Assembly: GCA_010356995.1 (NCBI GenBank)
Contig: ML996698.1
Coordinates: 865,923 to 929,922, forward strand
Direction: 5' to 3'
Source of the DNA: Trichodelitschia bisporula
Taxonomy: Eukaryota
Length of the DNA stretch: 64,000 nucleotides
Of the stretch, positions 26,532 to 36,137 are shown one piece after another. The notes beneath the pieces were generated by a model, which ran no database searches, was not told the origin of the DNA, and saw only the letters and a list, made by a program, of their open reading frames with translations. Made by a program: the position numbers and the translations under genes. Each line of letters opens with the position of its first letter. Positions within the stretch are counted from its first letter, which is position 1.

Positions 26532-27660
26532 TCACCAGCCAGCGAGCGAGCTCAGAAGTAGACCAAAGTCCGCAATGCTCCTTTTACGACTTCTGACAGC
26601 CGCGGAAGGGGTGAAGCGAGAGATCTTGCGGAGCTTTGGAGGCATCAGGAGGCCGGAATTGTGGCCGAAAGGGGCGAGACTGAGTGTCAAGGCCTCCAAA
26701 TTTTGAAACCCCCGAAAGTCTACCACATTCGCAGGAGGCCTGTATAGAAAAAAGAGCGCAAGATCCACCAGGGAGTCTCGGTGCGGCTCTAGTGCTTCCC
26801 GAAACTCATCTCCGTACTCAAAATCATTATGTATTGATTTGAACTCCAGGTGCCGGAGTTGCTTCGGCCAGCTTATTATCTCGTGAAAGTAGTTATAAGA
26901 GCCTGTAAATTGGGTTATGTGGAACTCTGAAAAGGAGTCGCTGCCGGCAGGAAGTCCACGCTAGACACTTATCAGTAGAGCTCACTCTATGAGATTGATG
27001 CTTGGATAGGGGAAATCGTGACGTATTTACGGATGGCGATGCGTACCAACGGAGGGTGCCATCGCATGCTGTCGAGAGTAAGGGATTCAAGACTCGCTGC
27101 ATTGATGCAGTTCGATACATGCGGATGTCCTCCTAGGATATCCCCACGTCCCCTAGGGAACGACGCATTGTAGTATTTATACATTTGGCGATGAGCGACG
27201 CAGGGACGGTCAAGGAGTTTCAGGTCGCTGAGGTTCGGAACCCAGTTGATAAGCCCAGTCAGGAGAACATCCCAAGGCTTCCCCGGGATGGTCAGTAGGG
27301 TACCGTTGGGGCCCTTGCATTCGTGGATGCTTAGACGCAGTTCTCGGCAGAGAGGACGGAGGTTCATGTTTTCTTCCATAGTGCGGTGAAACAACAAGAT
27401 GCTTTGCCCACTGAAGGGCTTTGTAACCCGTCCGGGTGCTGCTTGTTCTCAGCGTCTGGGTGCTGCTCGTTTTCAACGGCCCGATATAGTAGCCACGTTG
27501 CCACAGGACGAAAGAGACGACAGGTGAGCGCAAGATGTTGGTATGCATTTTTCCGCCGTTCTGGGGGACACTCCGGATCGTGCGCCAGTACGAAGATTTC
27601 TTCCAAAAGCTCGTTGGGCAGCTTGAAGACAGGCGGTATGGCGGAGCCAAGAGCTGCCAT
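26532..27660 (-). pseudogene. F-box protein, array copy D (frameshifted)
   Basis: MAALGSAIPPVFKLPNELLEEIF (F-box). Frameshift at about 27400-27450 into 'LFHRTMEENMNLRPLCRELRL', further breaks near 26.9-27.0 kb, and C-terminal 'SLVDL...VDFRGFQNLEALTL' matching copy C. Confidence 0.8.
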
Positions 27661-28639
27661 TTCGTCGGGAAGTTGTGTATTCACTTGAGTGCATTGAAGA
27701 GAGGGGTTGTAAGTTGAGGAGATGGTCGGAAATGTGGGAGTGGACATACTGGGGGACGCAAGTACATTGGAATATATATAGTGCGCTGGCTCCGCGTGGC
27801 AGGCTCGGGACTCGGTGTCTGAATGGAGTGGGCGAGTTTACACTGCTTTTTAGCAAGCTTGGAAAGGGTATAGCTAGCGAACCATACCATACTCAGTGGA
27901 AGATGAACACGTGTATCAGGTAAATCTTGCGTGGGAGCTCCTCGGGATGATGAAGCTTTCGCGTGTGGGGAAGATCAGGCTACGGAACATAGCGAGGACG
28001 CAAACCACTCAGATCTAGACGAGCACCAGGTGGATGGTCCGATTCGTATCATCGACCCGGACAGCCTGAGGGAGCCGAAACCGCAGAATCGCTGTCTCAG
28101 CCAGCCGCCCACAGAGGCGGGTATCTGATTGCCGTGCTCCGCAGGTACCGAAGCGGAGGCGTCGAGCGTGGGGAGGGATGTGGCCGCAGCAAAAGTCGTA
28201 TATTTGTATGCTCTAAAACTAAGACTCGGGCGGAGCAACGGGGACGGTCTGTTGTTCATTTATTTAGGAGAAGGCATGGTAGTACACATATTCTTACCAC
28301 GCGCCGGCAGGGGACACGGTGAAGTTGACAGGTTAACATGGAGGTATATGATTTGAATGGAGTGTGCTAGAGATTTATGACTCGGTCAAGACTAAGGTAC
28401 ATATGCAAACGAGACTTAAAAAAACATGGCGCTGTTGGGTTGAGAGTACATCAGTGAACGCAGCAAAGATATACGCCCTGGGTATTCCAGGAAGGGCGTC
28501 CTTTTCCGCGTACAATTCCTTTGAAATCATAACGGTTGTGGTTTTCTCCTTCCTCTCTGCTAAGGCCCCACCACAACTCATGGAGAAGCGAGCAGCTGTT
28601 GGTTGGCAGATTGCTAAGTCAAGACAATCTGGCGCTATA

Positions 28640-29611
28640 TTAGTACCCGCGGTGCTCGCTCAGAATCTGCTCCAGGAACTTTTTGTCGTCCTCGATGTCC
28701 GACAAGATGACCGTGAGACCGCTTCGTTCTGCATACTTCCTCAGATCGGTCAGAATGTCCGTCGGATAGTCTACTTCCTGTACCGTCGGCACGTCCGATT
28801 CCAACAAATACTCGAGAGCTTCATCCATCCCTTGTTCCCAATCGTCCAAGTCTATGCGAACATCGAGCTTCGGCGGCCGGTAGTCCCTTTCAATCAGGTG
28901 ATTGACCAAGGAGAACAACCACGGCCTTGCTTCCCATCGGCGGACATTGGCAGTACCACGGAGGTAATCCCATCTGACGTCCAGAGAAAGCTTGCACAGC
29001 TTTGGAGGGACCAGGCGCTCGGGAGCCAGACCGGAAGGGACCACAGTAAGTGTCAAGGCCTTCAGGTTTTGGAAATTCCGAAAGTCTACCATGTATGCAG
29101 GAGCGATTGGTAGAACGTGTTCTTTTGGAGAAACACTAAGCGTAAGATCCACCAGAGAATTTCGGTGCAGCTCTACAAGCTCAGTAAGGATGGGGGCCTC
29201 GCCATCGTAACTGTCTAGACGCATTTCTCGGCAGAGAGAACGAAGGCTCACGTTTTCTTTCACCGTGCGATGAAACAACAAGATCCTCTTCCACCTGGTG
29301 TGCTTGTGTTTTTGGGACCGGTGATGCCTGCCCGAAAAAGTCCGATAGAGAAGCCGTTCTGTCACAGCATGAAAGTGGTGACAGGTGAGCGCAAGAGATA
29401 GGTATGTTGTTTTCTTGCGACGCATATTGTTCGCCAGCATGAAGATTTCTGTCAAGATCTCGGGGGGCAGCTTGAAGATAGGCGGTATGGCAGAGTTAAG
29501 AGTTGCCATGTCGTCGGGGGGCCTGAGGATAGGCGGTATGGTAGAGTCAGGAGTTGCCATTTTGTCGGGGGGGCTGTGGATAGGCGGTATGGCAGAGTCA
29601 GAAGTTGCCAT
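28640..29611 (-). CDS. F-box protein, array copy C (triplicated N-terminus, internally shortened)
   Basis: Open 323-aa ORF with 'IPPIFKLPPEILTEIF', 'YLSLALTCHHFHAVTERLLYR' and leucine-patterned repeats. Confidence 0.82.
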   Translation of the reverse strand: MATSDSAIPPIHSPPDKMATPDSTIPPILRPPDDMATLNSAIPPIFKLPPEILTEIFMLANNMRRKKTTYLSLALTCHHFHAVTERLLYRTFSGRHHRSQKHKHTRWKRILLFHRTVKENVSLRSLCREMRLDSYDGEAPILTELVELHRNSLVDLTLSVSPKEHVLPIAPAYMVDFRNFQNLKALTLTVVPSGLAPERLVPPKLCKLSLDVRWDYLRGTANVRRWEARPWLFSLVNHLIERDYRPPKLDVRIDLDDWEQGMDEALEYLLESDVPTVQEVDYPTDILTDLRKYAERSGLTVILSDIEDDKKFLEQILSEHRGY

Positions 29612-29620
29612 TTTGTCGGG
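29459..29620 (-). repeat. 51-bp tandem repeat x3 spanning the start codon of F-box copy C
   Basis: ATGs at 29611, 29560 and 29509; units MATSDSAIPPIHSPPDK / MATPDSTIPPILRPPDD / MATLNSAIPPIFKLPPE. Confidence 0.92.
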
Positions 29621-31280
29621 GGTTTGTGCATTTGCTTTAGTGTGTAGTGAATAGAGGGGTCATAAGTTGGTGAAATGATAGGAAAGTCGGGAGTGTAAGA
29701 TGATGGGGGGTGGTGGAGAAACCGGAGAACGCAAGCACACTACAATATATATAGTGCACTGTCACCGGTGGCAGTTCTGAGAATCTGTGTTTCGATCGAA
29801 CCGGAGAATTTAGGCTAGCTTTTAGCAAGTTGGGGAGGAACGTAGTTAGCGAACCATGCCATACTCGGTGGTGCCACGGGAGGATATTGGTTAGGAAGTA
29901 TGAGGCCGGCGGTGCGAAACCGGGGAAAAGACGCAAATATATGCTCTTCCCAGACCAAAGCATTTTCAGCGAGTATGGTGCCGTGTCGAGCACAGCTGCC
30001 GGGTCGCCGAAGCCCTTCCTTTTACAGTGCTAAAGCGTCAGCAAAAGTGGTTCATGAAGGGCGCCTCCGTCATACCGTTTTGCCAGATTGCTTCCAACTG
30101 CGTGTCAACCTTTCCGCTCCTCCCAACATCCGACTCAAGGGAATACGAGCGGCGAAGAAACGCACTCCTTGGGACCTCTACGGACATAGGCTTATACGCA
30201 ACCCTCAATAGGCACCCATTTTGCATTAGTTGAAGCCACTCATCATTTTTTGACTGTGTCCCGTCGTCGTATGGTATCATGAGTCCGAAATTTCACGCGG
30301 AATCCTAAGACGAATGAGACTTCTTACGCGCGGCCATCATGTCCCGAGTCCCAAAAACCAGTTCGTGCCGACCTCCCGAGCTTTCCGTCTCGTCATTAAA
30401 GAAGCTGGGGTTTCGGTCCCAGTTTCAAGTTGTTGTACCAGAATGAAATGATAACAACGGAGTTGGCGCTGTTGGGCGACTGGTTATAGGGTCCATAAGG
30501 TCTCCAACGGCTCCAGATTCCATCAAGGCACCCGGTGGCAATTTTTACTGATTCCGGCTCAAAGGGTCTCTGCTGATGCGTAAACACGTGGTCGGGTAAT
30601 GAAGCGGAGATCTGAGCAATGCCTGTAACTGATATCAGTATCAACCTGATGTTCCGGGACGACAACGCGTGATGAGCGGGTGACGTACTCGTAGGAGAAT
30701 TAAGCAAGCTTGCAGCTTGTAGTGCGTGGTAACAACGAGGAGCGGGGAAAGAACATGTCGGTCCTTCCGATCCGCTGCTTTTGCATCTCCGCCCGTCGTG
30801 CTTGCCTTCGGCCTACGGTAGAACAACCGGCCGGGCATAAGTCGTGGCTGCTCTCTACCCAGCTTTTACTGCGTCATACGCAGAGGCTAGCGGGTGGAGG
30901 CGGCCACGACTTCTTTACCCAGCAATTTGGACCCTTCAGTCCTGCATCGGCGTCGTCACCCCGACCACTGGATGGTTCGACGCTTCATGGCCGCGCTAAA
31001 TGTGCTTCGTATGTGAATTCTCAAGCGCCGAGTTGACGTGCATCAGGAGCCACTATAATTCTAAGCAGATATTTCAGGACGGTTCACGTTATGCCGCCTG
31101 CCGCATTCACAACGTGCAGGATATTTTCGGCAAAATCTCAGTGTATGCCGTCAGTCACCTGGTAAGCGGCTCGGAGGATGTGAAGAGAATGTCATTCTGC
31201 AGTTTGTAACTGTGGGTCATTGAGTGCTTCGCGCCGCCTTGATGGAGGGCGATGATGCTGACGCTGCTAGAGAATGGTCT

Positions 31281-32909
31281 TCATCTGGAAATTGGATGCA
31301 AAGAGAGCTGACAGAGATCCTCGTTTCGATGAAACCAGTCTCTTCTGCACCAAGATACTGGATTCAAGTGCTCCTCATGCTTCAAATTGCAACGATGTTT
31401 CGCCCCCACCTCCATAGAGAAAAGATGATCGGGCACTGCCGGGGAAGCCTCCTGCTTCGAAAACCCCGGATCGTCGAAAATTGGCTCCATGCCTTCCTTC
31501 GCTGCTTTCTCCTGAAAGACTCGGAGTGTATCCCACGGAAAGAATGGATCACTTGCACGCTCCATCTGAAGAGGCAAAGTGCGGAGCCAGCATTCCGGAC
31601 ACAGCCTGAGCCTGAGCGTTGACATTTGTGGGCGGATACTCCTTAGATGATCGAGAAACCCAGTGAGCCAGTCCTCTCCCTTTCCAGAGATATCAGCAAA
31701 AGGGGGCCACCAATCATTCTCCCAATCATCGACAGGCATCCAGTATGGTCTATCGTTGTGAAGGACAAGAGTACGCAGAGATGGAGGCAAGAGTGTGGCG
31801 TAAGAGTGATGGTCACGAACCGGAAGGGCGAGCGTTTCCAGTTTTGAAAAAGCCGAAAGGTCGATTCTCGGTAGCCAGTTCCATTGGCTTCCCGGGCCCT
31901 CCGTATCAACATCTGGTCCAAGTACCCAAAGCCTAGAGCTGGCAGTCAGGAGAGTCTTCAGGGACCCTCGGTGCAAGTTCAGGGCAGCCTGCATATACTT
32001 AGAGTCGTCCTCCGCCCATGGTACCTCCATGCAACGAGGATGCAGAGAAAAGGCAAGATGTTCAAGTACCTTGGGCCACGATAAAAGTTTGTGAAATTGG
32101 GAAGGAGTCCCGCTAAAATCAGGTAGACGGAGTGTCGTCACAAACCTGGCACCCCCGCCGATCGGCAGTATCCAAGACCAGTTCGTCATGGAGTCTAGGG
32201 TGAAGCTTCTGAGATTTGGCATTTCGAGGACGACGAAATATGACGGAGGAGGTACTATCCATTGGTCCGATACGGACCCTGTGCCATAGTAGAGGTAGAG
32301 ATGTTCGAGGTGCGGCAGCATATGCTGACATGCATGACGAAGGAGTGTATAAACTTCATGGTATTCAAGACGGTCGGGTATATTCATCAACCAGTTTGCG
32401 TCCCTCAGTGAAAGGCTGCGCACGTTTGGAAGCCAGGAGAGCAGATCCCTAACAGTGTCAAACTCCAGCTGATATTCAGGCATGTACCATTCCGGGCACC
32501 ACACCTCTACAGCCTTGCAGTACTGTCGGAGACCAGGGCGTTTGGTCAATGTCCGATGGAGATGCTGCGTACTTGAAAAGCGTTCACTGCCGAAGATCCA
32601 TAGCCGTTTATACAGCAGAGGCAGAGCAATGCGGTAGAACGTTCGGCAGACCGCGGCGATAGCGGCATAGTTGTTATGGGCCTTGACTGTGCGAATCACG
32701 GTTTCGAATAAAGGGAAACTGCATGCCGCTTGGCTGAAGATGAGAATGAGGAGTTCGTCTGGCAGCTTCAAGATAGCTGGGATGGGAATATCTATGGCTA
32801 GAAAGAGGTGGGGCGTCTGCTGTGGGGATTGTGTTGCTCTGCTGACCCAGACCACCTTTATGTTCGAGAGAGGCTGAGAGAGGGTGTTGTAGCACAGGCT
32901 CACTGGCAT
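31281..32909 (-). CDS. F-box protein with LRR-like body, array copy B
   Basis: 542-aa ORF with 'PAILKLPDELLILIFSQA', 'NYAAIAAVCRTFYRIALPLLYK', 'LLSWPKVLEHL', 'DLSAFSKLETLAL'. Start uncertain. Confidence 0.85.
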   Translation of the reverse strand: MPVSLCYNTLSQPLSNIKVVWVSRATQSPQQTPHLFLAIDIPIPAILKLPDELLILIFSQAACSFPLFETVIRTVKAHNNYAAIAAVCRTFYRIALPLLYKRLWIFGSERFSSTQHLHRTLTKRPGLRQYCKAVEVWCPEWYMPEYQLEFDTVRDLLSWLPNVRSLSLRDANWLMNIPDRLEYHEVYTLLRHACQHMLPHLEHLYLYYGTGSVSDQWIVPPPSYFVVLEMPNLRSFTLDSMTNWSWILPIGGGARFVTTLRLPDFSGTPSQFHKLLSWPKVLEHLAFSLHPRCMEVPWAEDDSKYMQAALNLHRGSLKTLLTASSRLWVLGPDVDTEGPGSQWNWLPRIDLSAFSKLETLALPVRDHHSYATLLPPSLRTLVLHNDRPYWMPVDDWENDWWPPFADISGKGEDWLTGFLDHLRSIRPQMSTLRLRLCPECWLRTLPLQMERASDPFFPWDTLRVFQEKAAKEGMEPIFDDPGFSKQEASPAVPDHLFSMEVGAKHRCNLKHEEHLNPVSWCRRDWFHRNEDLCQLSLHPISR

Positions 32910-33998
32910 GTGTGTACAATATGGTGATTGTGAAAGAGTCGATAAAAGACAAGGAGAGTCAGAGAGTCAGAGACTCTCGAGGTATAAATACACGATGCCA
33001 AGTATCATCCTTTGCTCCTTCCTTTCTATCATACTCGCATTACATCACGTCCCAGCTTACATAAGAATGCTCCTTCCATAACTAAGTTCGTACATCAGAG
33101 GGGTGGCGTGGGTGGCTTGGTTGGAGCATGTGCTAGCCACTGATCTCAGGCATCACCACATAGTCGAACGTCAGACGATGAAAATCGCAGGATCTATACT
33201 GCCCTCGGAGTGGTAACACATCTCCATGAGCTGGAGGCGGCTTACCGACTAACCTGAGCTACCGTAGGCACACCCACGCTGATAGCCCCGCGATGCAGTT
33301 CAATTGGCGACTCAAGAGGCCGTCAAGGGGTAGGCGAACGGCTGCAAATGCGCTGAACGTTGCGACGAGTTTTGTACGGCTGGCTAAAAGGCTCTTGAGG
33401 TGTTGTTCGCCTGGTATCACGGTTGGTCCAGTATGCCTGACGTTTCCCGGGATCCAGCTTGCACAACGTCATCTCCAAGCCACGGTCGATCCTGCCGAAA
33501 ACCTAATGAGACACGCTCAGCAAATGAGCGAATGGCGCTCCTGAATACACACCTGCTAAGAAAATTCCCAGCTCCGGTCTAGATATGGGTAGATATCAAG
33601 GCGAAGGCATCACTGCGAAAGCGCGCGGGGATGTCGCCGAGGAGCTTGTCAGGAAGCTTCGAAGTGGGCGCAGTTCGGAGGACTAAAATTGTACAGGCAC
33701 CGACGACTTGATGGGTGGGTGAGGTATTTGTACCGGAAAGATGCAGTACGCAGTCGCGCTGATTGCCGTTGATTGAAGCCTGGGTGAAGGAAGAGGTCAT
33801 CAAAGCATTAACGTGAGGGCAAGGGACACATGCAGCTTCCACGTCCACCCCAGTTCAGAAGAGAAGAACAGGGGTTTGGCGATCTAAAAGTGTATGGAGC
33901 ATCAAAAACCCCGAGACGCCGTTGCATATAGTCTACTTCATCTACTCCACGGACGGAGCGCGGGCCCAGGCTTTCAGCGAAGCTCCGGGTCGCATTTC

Positions 33999-35727
33999 TC
34001 ATACCCATTCATGGCCTTCTAAATGCGAACCCTCACAACCCTCTGCGATGTCTGTCTCTCCTATGTCCTTCGCCGATATTTCATTCCTCGTGAACGGCGG
34101 AGGGTCGAAGACCACGTCTATGCCGTATGTCGCGGCCTTGCCCTTGAGGTAGTGGAACGTCTCCCACGGGAGTGTGTAAGGCCATCCCGGCACATACGTA
34201 GCCTTGATCCACCAGCGCCAGCAGGCTGTACAGGCCTTCATTCGTATGGTACGCAAAGAGGCGGAGTGACCGTCTCCAAGGGTGTCAACGAGCATATCAA
34301 GCCAAGGGGCCTTGAGCTGAGGCCTTTCCGCCAAATCTGCAAACCTTTTGTGGCGCCAGGTCCGCTTGTCGCCTTTCAGGCTGTAATCGATGACGAGAGT
34401 GTGTTGCACTGGACCCACAAGTTTCTCGAATTCTGGCGGTGTGTGATGCGAAGGGATAGTCAGCGTCTCCAACCTCGGGAATTCCGACACGTTTATGTTG
34501 AAAAAATATTGACCTTCGTCATAACCCTCCTCAGGTTGGCGTCCTTTGATGATCTTGAGATTCCTCAGTGACTTTCGTTGATGTTCGAGGCCCTTCTGCA
34601 ATTCAAATTGAAGGGTGTCGTACCACAGATACTCCTCCTCCACAATGGGAGTGATTGAAAGCGTTAGGTCTTCGAGAGCCTCTGGCCACGATAAAACAGG
34701 GGGCAAGTCCTGGGGTTGACCAAAAAATGCGCGTAGCTCGAGCGTTGTCAAGGCCTTGCATGCTATCTTGTTCGGTAAAAAGCCCGCTGGTTCCTTGTCC
34801 TGCATCTCTGGTACACAGTCCACTCTTAGGCGTCTGACTTGCGGAATTTCAACAACACCAACTTCTTCTTTCCAGTTCCACGCGCGATAATCGTCTTGCT
34901 TTTCATAACCGTGTTCTTCAAAAGTCGTGTATGGCAGGGGTGGCGCGCCCGTCAGTGTAAGATGGAGCTCTTCGAGGCGCCGCATATGTTGAGTTGCATG
35001 CTGAATCAGGCGATATATCTCACCCGGCTCCAGTGCTCCGTCTGGTTCATTGAGACACAGCGAGCGGACGTTTGGGTGCCAAGAAAGGAAATCTACAATC
35101 ATCGTCATCCGCCGGTCGTAATCGTCGAGCGCGACGCTCGGGATGTTAATTTTGAGACGCCGGGTGTGTTTTAGAAGATGTCGATTCATCCCCAAAGTGT
35201 TGTAGAGGTTCAAAGATTTCTCGAATATGTCCCCTGGGTAGTAAAATCTAAAATCAAAGACTGCGAGGTTTCGGTACAGCAGAGGCGTCGCGACCTGAAC
35301 GAACCTTCGGCAAACAGCTGCAATGGAAGCGTAGTTATTCCTGAAGTCGCTACAGGTCCCGACAGAGATAATGTGAAGCGCCTTCACCCACGGCAGCCCA
35401 ACCAACTCCAGCATGCGCGCCGTTGCGGGCAGCTTATGCTCGGCATTGTGAGCAGCACGTGCATCAGGTGATCTATTCCTGATAAGGCACCCGCACATGT
35501 GTTCACCTCCGGCAAGAGTGAAGATCTGGTCGAGGAGCTCGTTTGGAAGCCTAAGGATGGGCGCGAGATGGGTCGTTATGGTAGAGGGAGCAGGATCCTC
35601 GTAATCGGGGTTGCTCTTGCGGCGGCGACGGTTCTTACCGCCCTAGATTGCCCTCATCAGCAAATGCGCGTACAAACTCAAGGGACACGCTCAAAGACAA
35701 ACATACCTTGCCGTTATTCTTAGGCAT
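33999..35727 (-). CDS. F-box protein, array copy A, with an eIF1A-like N-terminal peptide
   Basis: Exon 1 35727-35707 (MPKNNGK); intron 35706-35643 (GTATGT...GCTGAT...TAG); exon 2 reads GGKNRRRRKSNPDYEDPAPSTITTHLAPILRLPNELLDQIF in frame with the 499-aa ORF ('NYASIAAVCRRFVQVATPLLYR', 'VLSWPEALEDL'). Confidence 0.85.
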
Positions 35728-36137
35728 AGTGGATCGTTGCAGAAGTTTCGAATCAGTGGATGATCCGGTTCTGCGGTCCAGAATCCCAGGACCGGGTGTC
35801 GGTGTTTGCTGGAGGACGGTTTGACTCGTAGCTTTGCAATGTTCCACTGTCTTCTTTTCGGCGTACGACCTCACAGTTGGTTGTAGAGGTTGTCTTATCC
35901 TGCTTGAAGGATATTCGTACCTGAGGGAGTGGCGAAGTCATAGGGAGCAGGAGGGGTGACGGTCGTGACGTTGTCACGGTGTTTCCAGGGCCCCGCCCCG
36001 CGCCTCCCCGGCACACGCCTGGTCACGTGAGGCGTGCCATCGATCTCAGCCTCAGATCTTAGGCTCTCCCAGCGATCTCAGCCTCCAAACTTCAACTCCA
36101 CCATGGACACCCACCTTCTCGCGCTATCCCCTCGCAA

